Shown in pieces: positions 13,230 through 27,080 of a DNA stretch of 64,000 nt. This stretch comes from Eledone cirrhosa. Lineage: Eukaryota. The DNA lies in contig OZ024742.1 in assembly GCA_964016885.1 (NCBI GenBank), positions 260,958,001 to 261,022,000 on the forward strand. The letters run 5' to 3'. The position numbers were made by a program, and so were the translations under genes. Position 1 is the stretch's first letter. Every line of letters starts with the position of its first letter. The notes beneath the pieces are model-generated. The model was not told where the DNA came from and searched no databases. It was given only the letters and a program-made list of their open reading frames with translations.

Positions 13230-14705
13230 GTAAGTATATTTATATTTATGACGGAGTTGATCACCTATAACTTGGTGGGTATGTTAGTAGTTGACCAACT
13301 GAGATTGATGTTTCATATTCTGCCACTAGCACAGTCAGTAGCAGATTAAAGGTGAGGGGAGGGAGACTGACCGGTCTGTTGTCAGGGACCTCACAATATT
13401 TAATTGGCCACCATTTCTTTTTTTGGCACCATAAATAATATGCAAGAACCCCTTAATTAAATTTTCTACCACAGACCCCTGCAAGTTTAATCCATTCCTG
13501 AGCATAGCCAAGAGACAATTCTCCATGGCCTTTATCATTCTAACTGAAAATAAATATCATAGAAGTATGACAGTGAGGTACTGTGCACCTAACTGTACAT
13601 AGCTATCACAGTGAGGTACAGTCCACCTTGCTATAAATAGATGGCACTGTTAAACTAAGCTGTTAATAAGAATCACTGTTATACTAAGCTGTCAGGAAAT
13701 AGCACTGTAGTTTACAATCTACTGAACTGTACCTATGTACAGCAATACAGTACAATTCACCTAAATATTAATGATGATGATGATGAGTAAGATACAGTTC
13801 ACTTAACCATAAATAAAAACTCATTAATATACAGTCCACCTAGATTTAATTAGTTATCAGAGTGAAGTAGATTCCATTATGGTGTAAGTGACATTGCTAT
13901 AAAGAAAAAATAATAGTTGAATAGCATTGGAATGGACTTCTGTTGAGTGTTCAAGTTGTTTGATCAACACAGTAGCTTGTTTAGTGTAAGTGGTTGAGCA
14001 TTTCACAGACATGTGTATTGTTAATGTAATTCTCAGGGAGATTCAGTGTGACACAGGGTGTGACAAGGCTGACCTTTTGAATTACTCTAGTTAGATAACC
14101 AAGCTAACAATTGTGTAGAATTAAGTATTTGTAGTGTACCATGATCTTACAAACACTTTCTGTGCTGTCATGGGTTGGGTATGTCATAGTTTGAGACTAG
14201 ACAGATCGGGGGTGGGGGAATGTCATAGTTTGAGACTAGACAGCTCAGGGGGAGCCATGTTCTCATACATTTCATTTTTGGTATAGTTTCTATGGATGGA
14301 TGTCCTTAATGCCAACCATTTACAGTGTGTATTGGATGCATTTTATCATGGCTCTAGCACTACCATTTTACAGAGTGTACTGGGTGCATTTTATTGTGGC
14401 ACCATCTATTATATAACAATACTAACAATAAATAGATTTTCTTTTTTTGTGTTTTAGTTGTTCAATCAATATCATAGCTTACTTATTAAATTAGCCTCCA
14501 AGCAAATGAGTATTCCACAGACACATGTACTCTTATCATAGTTCTTAAGAAAGATCAGTATAACAAGTCTAACCTTTTGAACTACAGTTACAGTCCATTT
14601 GACAGACTTCCAAACAATTACCAAGGCTATAGTAAAAGCCAAATATCCGAGATGCAATGCAACGGTCTCAAAAGTGGAATTTTGTGATTATGAAGCAAAG
14701 TTCTT

Positions 14706-15090
14706 AATAATTGTTTCTACTTTTGGCACAAGACCAGCAACTACCCAGTGCATTACTGGTACTTTATTTTATCAACCCCGTAAGGATGAAAGGCAAAGTT
14801 AACCTCGGCCGGATTTGAACTCAGAATAGCAAGGGCCGTAAATCTATGCGTCAAAGCATGGTGTCTGACTCTCTACCAATACTGTCAATCCACCGCCCCT
14901 TAATAATTGTTTCTACTATAGGCACAAGGCCAGCAATTACCCAGTACATTACTGGTACTTTATTTTATCGACCCCGTAAGGATGAAAGGCAAAGTTAACC
15001 TCGGCGGGATTTGAACTCAGAATGGCAAAGACCGTAACTCTATGCGTCAAAGCATGGCGTCCGACCCTCTACCGATACTGCCAATCCCCC
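14706..15090 (-). mobile_element. Two tandem tRNA-SINE copies
   Basis: Two ~190-bp units; cttaataat occurs at 14703, 14900 and 15090. Confidence 0.85.
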
Positions 15091-15636
15091 TTAATAATAT
15101 GACCAAATTGTATCTGTGTTATACATTTATATTTATTAATATAGGTTAATATCGAAATCATATGACAAAGGTATTCTGGTTGCTTAGGTAAAAATATATA
15201 AAAACATAAATGCTGTGAGACATTAAGCATTGCTACTGTCTTAAGATATGAAAAATGCATTAAATTATGTAGTCCTGTTAAAAGCTAGGCTGGAGGTCAT
15301 CCAGGTTTCATTGGCATTAAGCAACTTAGTGTATAAGATAAAACAAGACATCTATTTATTGCAGGTTGAACCCCACACAGCTGTTGCTGCTGCTACTCAT
15401 TTTCAGCTGAGTTGACTGAAGCAATGTGAACTGAAGTGTTTTGCTCAAGAACACATGTCATCCAGCCAAGGAACTGAACTCATGATATTGTGATTGTAAG
15501 CCATACTTTAACCACTAGGCCCATACCTCCACTATGTAGCTCTAGATACACTCTGTCTGATTAAAAGACAAGCCTGTTATGTAAACAATAACAGCAACAG
15601 CAAACCTTTGTTGTATTTCTAAATTGTATTTTTTAG

Positions 15637-15761
15637 CATCAAGATTCCAGAAGTTACTGCCATTGTAGAAGACACAGAATTATTGCCTAAATGGAAGATT
15701 ATAGTTTTAAACTTGTCCTATTTTGGGTTAAACCTCATGTATTTACTTCTTTTTGTAGAAG
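15637..15761 (+). CDS. MFS exon 2 (SIKIPEVTAIVEDTELLPKWKIIVLNLSYFGLNLMYLLLFVE), TM1
   Basis: ttttag| and G|gtaagt; open frame, hydrophobic helix. Confidence 0.88.
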
Positions 15762-17132
15762 GTAAGTGATCTTGATATAATGAATGTAACATAAGTATAT
15801 CAAAATACAACAAATCAAATTTTTGTTTAATATTTGTTAATGTTGGTCACTGATGCTGTATGTTTTGTTTAGCTTTTGTAACTAAATATGTAGTTTCATA
15901 AGATGTCTTTAAGTATTTCACTATGTCTGTAGTATGTAACCAGGCAGTATCTTGGAAGAGTTATTAGGGCATATAATTAAATGCATTTGTATTTGTTCTG
16001 GCCCACTATGCTCTGTTAAAATTCTACCAAGGTCAACTTTGCATTTCATCTTTTTTAGGTCAATAATAAAGTACCAGTTCAGTACTGGGGTCAATTTGTC
16101 CTCTACCACTCTTTATTCCTTTCCCATACTCCCTATTTCCTTCTCTAAAAGAAATTAGCTGTGCTCTGCTAGGTTTAAAATAACCAAGACCATATGTCAG
16201 GATGTCACTCCTACAACTCCACCAGGAGTTAAGGACCCTTTCCTTTTCCTATAGTGTGAATATGAATTTCAAAAGTTGCTTCTGTCTATTGTAAGATTCT
16301 GATACCCTTTCAAAGAATTCTGGATGTTTACTGTTGTAGGGGGAATGTATTGAATCAAAATGTCATTTAATTTTGTAGGCATCAAACTTTCAGTCATCAA
16401 ACAATCAATTACAAATTAAGCAGACAGGCATTTCTTCCTTATTTTTCAAAGTAAAAGTAAATCCATATTATAAATACAATTCATTATATTACCTCTTTTT
16501 TGGGGAAATTGTTTCATTCTCAGAGGGTTATTTACTTGCAAATCCATGGTACTCCTTCAAGTTTGTGACACTTCAATTATAACATTCATTTGATGAGAAG
16601 AATGGTTAATCAAAAGTAGCTTTCCTCATTAGAATAATTGAACTTGGCACTACAAGCCAACAAAACAATCACCAATTCCACAGTGCTGCTGCTGCTGTTA
16701 TTGTTTAGCTTTAGTTGACCCTTATTGAACAGATGCCTGATAAAAGGCATTTCAGCTACAACTATTTTTACCTATTTGTTACTGATATATTACATACATC
16801 TTACCTATATTTTACCTATTAATTGTTTATTGATAATACAAAAGACTTGTCCACCTGTACAAGCACTATGACACTAGAAGCAAATGTAGTAAGAGACCAG
16901 AGGCTACAGTGTTTGGCAGTCGACTAAAGACAATGTATAGTTTGAAAGGACTCTTCAGTCTTGCTAGCATTTGACAATCTCTCTAGTACACTCTGTAAAG
17001 TGTTAGTGTTGATGCCATGATAAAATGCCCCCTGAATGGTGGTTGGTGTTAGAAAGGGCATCCAGCCCTAATAACCATGTCAAATATGGAACGTAACAAG
17101 ATGGTTTGCTCTGACACCCTGTCCAACCCATG

Positions 17133-17443
17133 TACTCTCAGGTCTCGAATAATCGCCCCTCCCCCATCCACTCACTTACACACTCTAATCTATTTCCGGT
17201 GAAATTTTATTTTAAGTGGGTAGCATTCTTACAATATTTAATTTTTTTATATTACATTAAAAAACATTATCATGACTGACAAAAAGTACATATGTTATAA
17301 AATAAAAGGATGGATAGGGGTCTCAATATGTAAACTAAACGACTAATTCTGGTTTTTAAAATAATCAATGGAGACAACCAAAAAAAAATTACTGATTTTC
17401 CAAACCCGCTTATTCCACCCCCACTCTCTATTATTCGAGAGTA
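17133..17443. mobile_element. Possible MITE
   Basis: Imperfect inverted termini tactctc...ctcgaataat / tattattcgagagta. Confidence 0.45.
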
Positions 17444-17503
17444 AGCACAGAAAGCAGATATAAAATAATGATAATGTTCTCATTTATTCCATCTTTGTTC
17501 TAG

Positions 17504-17584
17504 TCATACCTTCACAGCTTACTGGTTTGGTCAGTGTAAAAAACAAAGGTATCTGCCTTGGTGGAATGATAGCTGGAGGTGCTG
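17504..17584 (+). CDS. MFS exon 3 (VIPSQLTGLVSVKNKGICLGGMIAGGA)
   Basis: ttctag| and G|gtaagt; phase 1/1. Confidence 0.88.
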
Positions 17585-19321
17585 GTAAGTTAAATTTTGT
17601 TCATAATTTCAACAACTTTTGATACCAAACCATAAAAAAGATGTATGATAGAGTGGCTTAGTCCTTTATATTGAATCCATGATCAAGATATTTAATTCTC
17701 AACAACCCAGTCAATGTAGCTGTAATTAATAGACACTAGACGATAGTGTCTACTTACTATACTATAGTTTACTGGATTATGTCTATGTAATATGACAACA
17801 GCTATAAGTAGGTACAACAGGGTAATATAATTCGCTGTACTGTATGTTAGTAGAATATATTCTTTTTTAAATATTTTTTTTACTTAAAATAATGCATATT
17901 CTAGAAATCTAGGAAATTATTATTTTACTGTTCTCAGGGCCCCTGCATCACATGGGTACCATGGGTACTTTTTTTTATTTGGTAGGTCTGGGGGAGAGAT
18001 GCAATGCCCATGGTCTTTACTGGCCCTCTGAAACAGAGGAAGTAATGCTGTTAATGTTCTTCTTAAATTGTTGCAAATCTATTCCTTTTGGCAATACATA
18101 AATAGAATTGACATTCTGAGCAAGACAAAGTGGGTGTAGTGCATAAAACATGAGTGATGAGAGGAGAAGAGACAAGTAAGTTGTGAATACCTGGGCAGTA
18201 TGAGAACAGCAAGCTATTGTAGAATCAGTAGAAGAAGGAGGAGACAGCATGTTTGTGGGCCAGAGGCTGGTGAATATCTCTGAATGATTAGGGTACTTCA
18301 TTCTCAGCTTAAATCCACCTAACAGTAACTTGTTATTCAGACACAGTTCAGCTTGCTCAAACAGTCCTATGATCAAAGAAACACCAACCATAACACTCTA
18401 ATCTCTCCAAGAGTATTGATGACTGCACTACCCAATGTGTTTCTTCCTTTCAAAGACAGTAGAGTGTGATTTGAGGGAGGTTTGTAGAGGATTCATGTGA
18501 AAACTCTCTCATTAGTTATTAGGTACAACTGATTGGGGTTCTTAACACCTAACTCTCAGTATGTATTACAGGGAGCTATAATGCCCAATTAGAAGTAGCA
18601 GTAGCACTTGAAAATTGAGAAGAGAAAACCTATCTGCTATAGATCACTGACCTCTTTACAATTCTCATCTGCATAACTAGAAATAAGCCCCATCCCCAGG
18701 GATTACTACGACATGGAAAGGATATAAAAAACAATGGTGATCTTTGTTAAGTAGTAGATGGAATGTAAACAATAAAATTGACATTTTCCAACACACTCTT
18801 ACATACATAATGCATACATACATACAGTTGTTGTTGGCGATGATTTCAATAATTGTTTCCACTTTTGGCACAAGGCTAGAATCACTCCAGTGCATTACTG
18901 GTGCTTTATTTTATCAACCCCGTAAGGATGGAAGACAAAGTTAACCTCGGCGGGATGAAGATTGTATTGCAGGTTGGGTCATTTTTGTCTGCTCTATGTG
19001 GTTAGCACGTTACAAAGTCCTTGGTAAAATTTCATTTCATTTATACCAATCCAATTCAGATTTCATTAAATAGCAAACAGGAAGGGAACAAAGATAATGA
19101 AAGCATCTGTTGTGTAAAATAGAGTTATTTATTTATCAAATATGGGATTTGAAACAATGTTCAAATCTTCAGATGACTGTAAACTTCATGATGTTTCTGT
19201 TAACAGAAGAATAACCATAAGTTGAATAAATAAAAAATTGGGAACTACAAGATGTTTATGAGTATTAAAATAGAATAAATTATCAGGTGTTCTGGCATAT
19301 ATTGAGAGGTGTGTAAAATGG

Positions 19322-19360
<39 letters not shown>

Positions 19361-19799
19361 AATATAAATTAGTGAGAATCACATTTCGGCTATTAGAAAT
19401 TAGCGAAAAACAACTTCAGAGATGTGTGGCAAGCGCTCAATAGAAACGAGTGAATTAGAGCAACAACATACGTTAAAAGGCCAAACACACTGAGACGATG
19501 GTTAAACCATTATCCGCAAAGCCATAGAAGTGAACAAGCCATTCAGGTCAAACAAATAATAAAACATGATTGAAAAATATACCCGGACCCCTGACAGAGA
19601 GAGAAGTTAATGATGTGAATGAATCGATGCTAGAAAGTAAGAGTTAACCATGACAGCCTGTTATAAGCAACTCATCTTTATACAAAAGGCAATGTCTTGC
19701 ATACAATATGAAAATAAGCAGTTATTTCCTAGACAATAAATTGGCTATGTATAATTTCACTATGTATGTACGTGTGGGGAAGGGGATACGTGGGTGTCT

Positions 19800-19920
<121 letters not shown>

Positions 19921-20047
19921 CAACAATCTCTTTGATGTATTCGCTGCACTGTGTATGCATGTATGTGTTAGAAAGTGTTGATTCCATTGTTTATATTCCC
20001 TCTACCACTTATGAAAGATCACCAAAACAATGTTTTTTTAATTTCAG

Positions 20048-20153
20048 TTGTCAAATTTATACTGGGCCCCTTAATAGGTATGTGGAGCGACCAATTGCAG
20101 CTGAATAGTGGGAAACGTCGGCCATTAATGATTGCAGGGTCAGTTTTGATAAG
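20048..20153 (+). CDS. MFS exon 4 (VVKFILGPLIGMWSDQLQLNSGKRRPLMIAGSVLI), motif A of GPH/SLC45 type
   Basis: tttcag| and AG|gttagt; G.WSD......G.RRP signature. Confidence 0.93.
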
Positions 20154-20219
20154 GTTAGTATTTCCTAAGAAACCTTTTACAAATGTCAGTATCTATATAT
20201 GTGTGTATATATGTATGGA

Positions 20220-21687
20220 GTGACATCAGAGGTGATGAAGAGGTGTGATTTTGATGATATCATCCTGGAGTTCTGTAACCAGGTACTAGAGAAAGGAGTT
20301 GCCCTGGATCAGTGGAGGATCAGTAACATCGTCCCAGTATCAAAGAAGGGAGATCTCTCTAATACCAACAACTACAGGAGGGTCTCACTGACGTCATTTG
20401 TGGCAAAGACCCTCAACAGGATGATTCTTAACAGGATCCAGCCCGAGATGAAGAAGCTCAGGGACAACCAAAATGGCTTCAGAGAGGGAAGATCAACCAC
20501 CAGTCACATCCTGATGCTGAGGAGAATATTAGAGGGAGCTAGACAAAGAGCCTTCCTGCTGTCATGGTTTTCATTGACTTCAGGAAGGCCTTTGATTCTG
20601 TGGACCGTCACTGCCTGATGAAGATCTTATAAGCTTATGGAATCCTCAAGAAGGTAGTGGACCTGATATCACTGCTCTACACCAACATCAGATCCCAAGT
20701 CATTACACCTGACAGGGTGATGAAGTTCTTTGAGATACTGGCTGGAGTGTTCCAGGGAGATAAATTGGCTCCCTACCTTTTTATTATCACAGTGGACTAT
20801 AGTATGCACCTTACACTGGAGAAACACCAGGACTCGGGCTTTACTGTAGCACTGGCTCAGAGCAGGAGAGTTGAGGCTAAAAAGGTATCAGATGCTGAAT
20901 TTGCTGACAACATAAATCTGGTGACAAACACAGTGAAGGAGGCAGAGGAGTTGATGCAGGAGGTGGAGACTGTGTCAATGAGTGTGGGGCTGAGAATGAA
21001 TGATATTAAGACGAAGTATCTGGTAGAGAACATTAAGAAGCCAGAGAAGATTATGAATGTAGGCGGGAAGCTGCTAGAGTTGGTTGAGGACTTCTTGTAT
21101 CTGGGAGCAAAGACTGGGAACACAGAGGATGATGTGGTGGAGAGGAAGAGCAAAGCCTGGGCGGCATGTCACAGTTTGAGATCGGTGTGGAAGTTGGACT
21201 TTCGTAAAGACCTGAAGATCCGTCTCTTTGTCGCTACAGTGGAGTCTGTGCTGCTGTACGGGTCTGAGACTTGGACACTGACAAAGAGACTCACTCAGAT
21301 GGTGGATGGGTGCTACATGAGAATTCTGAGGATGGCTCTGAAAATTAATCAATATACACTGAGGATGAAAAACTCACCTGTATGGGAGCCTCCCAAAAGT
21401 CAGCTCGAAAGTAACACAGAGGAGACTGAGGTTAGCTGGATATGCTCACCGACATTCAATGTTGACACTGCACTCAGTGGTCCTGTGGGAGCCCCTGCAT
21501 GGACACACTAGAAGAGGGAGACCAAGGATGACATATATTGATGCCCTAAGCACAGACACTGGTTTCTGGGAGATACAGGACATGGCGGTGATGATGAAGG
21601 ACAGAGACCACTGATGAAGGACAGAGACCACTGGAGAGAACTCGGATCCATGGATCTCGGGAATTTTACCTGCCCTAGATAGATAGA
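20220..21687 (+). mobile_element. 5'-truncated RTE-group LINE with RT domain, frameshifted; (TAGA)n tail
   Basis: KKGDLS..NNYR, QNGFR.GRST, GVFQGD.LAPYLF, FADNI, FLYLG, LLYGSETW. Confidence 0.92.
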
Positions 21688-22122
21688 TGTATATATATGT
21701 GTGTGTGCGTGTGCATGCGTGCTTGTGTATAAGTGTATGTACATCAGTTGTGCATACATGTGTGGTGGTTATATCACACATAGTTGACTTAGCTTCTTAC
21801 TTTAGGCTTTAAGATCTAAATAATTGTCTAACTAAATCTAGAGTAAAAATGACTCTGTCTATGTATGTGTGAGTGAAAGTATGTATATGTGTATAGGATA
21901 TTATATTTTTATTGACAACATTTACAAAACATTAATAAAGGCTGATGATTTGGGGCCTGATTCAGAAATATCTGAAAGAAGCAACCAAAGAAATATGTGT
22001 ACCTAAAATGACAGCATAGTTAGTGCATTAAATATCTGTATATACACATGTGAGTGTGTGTGTATGGTCCATAGATTCTGAAGAGACATTTTTATTGTGG
22101 TCTCTATTTTTTTCTTTGATAG

Positions 22123-22167
22123 TTTTGGTCTAATGGGAATGGCTGCTAGTGGCCCAGATACTGTCAT
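22123..22167 (+). CDS. MFS exon 5 (SFGLMGMAASGPDTV)
   Basis: ttgatag| and AT|gtgagt; phase 2/2. Confidence 0.85.
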
Positions 22168-22337
22168 GTGAGTTACACAAATTTTTAAATTAATATGTAA
22201 ACTTAATTTGTGTTTTACCAAACTATTAGCTTTCATTTGCATCATTCTTGTTTCTATTTGATTTGAGGAAATGTGTTAATATTACCAACTATTTTTTTCT
22301 GATTGTAAATAAGTATTTATTGTATATAAGTATTACC

Positions 22338-22687
22338 GTTATCAATGTGCATGAACGACCAAGCATAGATGTGTTGAGAGTGAAACTGTGTATAAGAGGA
22401 ATAAACTGTAGTGTGGAGGAGAGAAGACCTTGTTGGTATGGTCATGTGATGCACATGGAAGATGACCACTGGGTGAAGAAGTGCCAAGTAATCCCAGTGG
22501 AAAGAAGATGCAGTAGAGGAAGACCTCGAAAAACATGGGCGGAGGTGGTGAGAGCTGACCTCAGATTGCTGAAGCTCACAGAGAAGATGACGAAGGACCA
22601 TGACAAATGGAGAGATGCTGTGCTGAAGAGGACCCATCCCACCCTTGCAAGCAAGGAAAAGCTGATGTAAAATGATGATGATGATAA
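22338..22687 (+). mobile_element. RTE 3' fragment
   Basis: WYGHVMHM...GRPRKTW; (GAT)n tail. Confidence 0.9.
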
Positions 22688-23000
22688 TGTTCGGCATCAT
22701 TATTACAGCCAAAATCAGTATCATCATCAGCATCATCACGATCATGATCATTATCAGTAGCAGCATTATTTTACATCTGCTTTCCATGCTGGCATGGGTT
22801 GGACAGGCTGTCACAGTTTGAGACTGGAGGGTTGGAACAACCATTCTTGCTCACATATTTGCTTCCATATTTGGCACACTTTCTACAACTGGAAGCCCTT
22901 CCTAACATGAACCCCCAGCCAGGGTGTACTGGGTACTTTTTATCATGGCACCACCACTTACACTTTACAGAGTGTACTGGGTGAATTTTATGTTTATCTA

Positions 23001-23074
<74 letters not shown>

Positions 23075-23227
23075 AAGTAGGATTGGAAACAGCACAGAAA
23101 AATATTCTTAAAGAATCTGTTTTTCTTTTTTTCTTCTTTGATCCGATAAAGTGATATTATTGAAAAAATGAGAACAACTTAAAAAAAAAAAGGAGTTTTA
23201 TAAAGTATATAAAAAATATAAAATATA

Positions 23228-23636
23228 GAAGACCCGCCTTACCTAAATACATAGTAAAACCTACTACAGCCAGTAGGCATCTCTAACAAAATACACCCCG
23301 TCCCACCACCCCCACCCCATCCACCCCCCCTTCTATGTAAAGTTATGTCGGTGCCACGCCATCCAGGCCGAAACAAATGAGATCGTGTAGGTGTCACGAC
23401 AAAAAAACACACAGTCCACGCTGTAATGTGGCCGTGTAGGCAACACGGTAAAAAATTCCCAGACCCACACTGTAAATGTGGTTGGTGTTAGGAAGGGCAT
23501 CCAACTGTAGAAAACCTGCCAGACAGTCCTATGCGAGCAAGACAATCACTCTTGCCTCAAGTGGGAATACCCCCGTCCAAACCCATGCAAGCGTGGAACA
23601 CGGACGTTAAACGTTGATGATGATGATGATGATGAT
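23228..23636 (+). mobile_element. RTE 3' UTR fragment with (GAT)n tail
   Basis: Near-identical to the reverse complement of 39684-40095 and similar to 61.1-61.6 kb. Confidence 0.9.
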
Positions 23637-23809
23637 TACCGGTTTCAATGCATCGATGTAATCCATCTTATCAAATATTGTCACTTTGACGGATCAAAGA
23701 AGAAAAAGAGAAAAACAGATTCTTTAAAAATATTTTTCTGTACTGTTTCCAATCCTACTTTTTCTTTATAACCTCTGTTTTGTATAGAATCTTACTCCCT
23801 TTTCAAAAA

Positions 23810-23851
<42 letters not shown>

Positions 23852-24174
23852 GTGACGAAACATAAGTCAATTGCATGAACTCATAATCCTTTATTTACTG
23901 CTATATATATATATATATATCATGATTTTACTCCTGCATTCCATGCTGGCATGGGTTGGACAGGTTGTCATGCTCCAAGGCCAGATGGGTTGTAGTGATC
24001 TGTCTTGCTAATATGTAATATGCTTGGCAAGGTTTCTACAACTAGATATGCCCTCCCTAATGCATGGTGTGCTAGGTGTGTTTTCCATGGCATCACCACT
24101 ACCATTTATATAGTGACATTAGCAATATTGATTTTCCTTTTAGAAATTATTGTTTTTGTAATTTTTGTTTCCAG

Positions 24175-24211
24175 CTTCAACAAGGAACTGGTCAATATTG
24201 TGAACGGAACA
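24175..24211 (+). CDS. MFS exon 6 (IFNKELVNIVNGT)
   Basis: tttccag| and ACA|gtaagt; bridges phase 2 to phase 0. Confidence 0.82.
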
Positions 24212-25491
24212 GTAAGTTTACTTAAATGAATTGTGAAAACAAACCAATTAAGGCCAAAACATACTTCCGCGTTGATCAATTGCTGATCCTTTACAAAGCT
24301 CAAGTAAGATTTACATTAGAATACTATTCCAACACATAGGACAGTGCTGTTGCTTCTGCTGCTACACACATAAAAACAACACAAACCACATCCAACAGAA
24401 GGATATCCAACTGATTGGCAAACACTTACTCTCTAACAGACACACTATCCTATTGATAGTATAACAGATACACTTCCTTTCAAGCTGCAAGTTTTTTATC
24501 ACCTTCATTCAAACATCTTATGAAACATCCATAAATAATCCTCTGTCACTCTTAGTGTCATACTTCCCAATCTTTCTTTACCATGACATCAACCTGCTGA
24601 AATTTGCTCACCACCGAAAAATCTCTTACAATGTTGATTTACAGGTGTTCAAATTGTTTAAGCCTCATTGATTTCTCCAATTTTGGGAGATAGTGTTGAG
24701 TGAGGACCAGTGGTGGTGCTGTAAAGATCATTGCCACTTCCTCTTCTTCCCGACTAAGCAGTAAAAAAAACATAGGAGAGAAATATTTCTTTGCCATATT
24801 TCTTTTTAAAAAAGTATTGCTTATAATTTTCAAGTTATAACTTTGAAAATAAACAAGAATTTGGAGCATAACATAAAAGTTCTTACATAAAATTATGATG
24901 AAAAGTGTTTTGATAAATACAAACAATTTGAAATAAACAGTTTTGTATCACAAATCTTAGGGCTGTTTCAGGTGATTTGGTACCAAAAGGGTTAAAGGTG
25001 ATTGGAGAAATTCCTCTTATTGGATTGTATTATAGTTATACAACTGCCAGAGCTGTTAGGGAAGGAAAGTACGGTGAATTTACTGGTTGAAGAAACATCA
25101 ATTCATACTCTACCACTTTAATTTGTATAGTTCTTATAAAAGACACAGCATTTGATTTTCAAGTTATTTTGAAAATAGTCAAGAATTTGGAGGGATTTAG
25201 TAACTTTCTCATTATTAAGCTGGTGTTTGGAATATAATTTAATGAAAGTTCTTACATAAAATTGGATGGAAGATTTTTAGATAAGTATAAACAGTGATTG
25301 CAAGGGATATGCAAAATCTGGAGAGAAATGAAGTGAGAGAGAAACTGGGTATAAGAAGAATCAGATGTAGTGTACAAGAGAGAAGATTGATGGATATGTG
25401 ATGCACATGGATGATGATCGTTGGGTGAAGAAGTGTTAAGAAATTCCAGTACACTTTGTAAAGTAGTCAGTGTTAGGAAGGGCTTCCAGCC

Positions 25492-25760
25492 ATAGAAACC
25501 ATGTCAAAAAGCATTGAGAGGACTCTCCAGTTATAACATAACAACTTCTCTAGTGCTGGTCCCCCCCAAAATGCACTTAGTACATATATGGTAGTTGGTG
25601 ATAGAAAGGGTATTTAGCTGTAGAAACCATGTCAAAAAGCATTGAGAGGACTCTCCAGTTATAACATAACAACTTCTCTAGTGCTGGTCCCCCCCAAAAT
25701 GCACTTAGTACATATATGGTAGTTGGTGATAGAAAGGGGATTTAGCTGTAGAAACCTTGT
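25492..25760 (+). repeat. Near-perfect ~129-bp tandem duplication within an RTE-tail/SINE relic
   Basis: tagaaaccatgtcaaaaagcattgagagg... occurs at 25492 and 25621. Confidence 0.85.
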
Positions 25761-26125
25761 CAAAAAAGAGTCGAGAGGCTTTCAATTATGTCAAGGGTAT
25801 GACATCCTCTCTAATATTAATGATCTACACGATAAATGCACCAAGTGCACTCTATAATGTAGTTGTAGAAAACCTGACAAACAAAGGGTTGTGAGGACTC
25901 TTCAGCTGTGTCAAAGACATGACAATTTTCCTAGTGCAATGATAAAATGCACCCAGTGCACTCTGTACAGTGCAGGAACATATGTAAGTGAGGTACAGTC
26001 CCTTGGCCCATCTAAGAGGTCAGTATCTCTAATAGAATACTGACTTGGTTTGTGAGGATCCATCCAACCTCCGCTAGCAGAGAAAATGAACATTAAAGGA
26101 TGATGATTATGATAAATGTATGTAT

Positions 26126-26212
<87 letters not shown>

Positions 26213-26272
26213 CCAAAAACTACAGGGATTGAAGGTTCAAGACCTTAGGGGTATGTCAAATAACCAATCTCT

Positions 26273-26339
26273 TATGTTTTATCTGATGAAAGCGTACTCA
26301 AAAACCATTGTATCCTTGAAATATGTATAATAAAATATA
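26273..26339 (+). ncRNA. Minimal type I hammerhead ribozyme motif (PLE-type)
   Basis: tatgttttat-CTGATGA-aagcgtac[12 nt]gtatcctt-GAA-ATAtgTAT-A-ataaaatata: 10-bp stem I, 7/8-paired stem II, short stem III, AUA cleavage triplet. Confidence 0.75.
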
Positions 26340-26399
26340 TACTTTGGTTATGAAAATATTTCTCATTTATTAATATTTTGAATATCATATATATATATA

Positions 26400-27040
26400 T
26401 ATATATATACAAAGTTGTATTCCTGTCTGTCTGTTTGTTTGTTCACGAACTCCTCCTATGGTTTTGGAGATAGACCCCCATAACCATACATATTCTGAAA
26501 CTACATTGCCCAGAGTACTTGGATAAGTATATTTCATTTTAATCAACGGGTTCCCCGCTGAAAATTTTTTCCCTTCGGTTTATATGAAATTTAAACCATA
26601 GGTAAATGACAAGATATGATGCCTATTCACAAAATTTCAGCAAATTTCAATAATATTAAGACACCCTAATGGGTTAAACCCCCTGTTAGGGTTCCCCTGG
26701 GGCACAACCCCCGCTGAAAATGTTTTCTCTTTGATTTATATGAAATTTAAACCATAGGTAAATGACAAGATATGATGTCTATTCACAAAAGTTTTGAATT
26801 GATATTTTGAAAAAAATTATTTACAAGAAACAAAATAAGAATAAGATTTAATAATGCAATTTTGATTTGATATATTACAAAAAATGATGTTTTCCAATTT
26901 TTCATGCATTATATTTTACATTGAGTAATATTGAAATGAAGAGTTTTTCTCCATAAATTATATCACTGATTTAAAATCAATCATCATTTTCTTACAAAAA
27001 AAAATGTGTGAAACGCAGCAAGGCGCGGGTAATTTGGCTA

Positions 27041-27041
<1 letters not shown>
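26400..27041 (+). mobile_element. Non-autonomous Helitron-like element
   Basis: 5' (TCTG/TTTG)n tract; 3' GC-rich imperfect hairpin cgcagcaaggcgcggg followed by CTAG|T at 27038-27042; internal ~80-bp duplication (26553, 26708). Confidence 0.7.

Positions 27042-27077
<36 letters not shown>

Positions 27078-27080
<3 letters not shown>

Noticed and set aside
14458-14690. Possible extra MFS exon after a ttttag acceptor
   Set aside because: There is a stop in the required phase, and exons 1 and 2 already join in frame.
19360-19430. Minus-strand CTGAAGT...GAAAT hammerhead candidate near (TA)n
   Set aside because: Core mismatch and no convincing stem I; at most a decayed PLE end.
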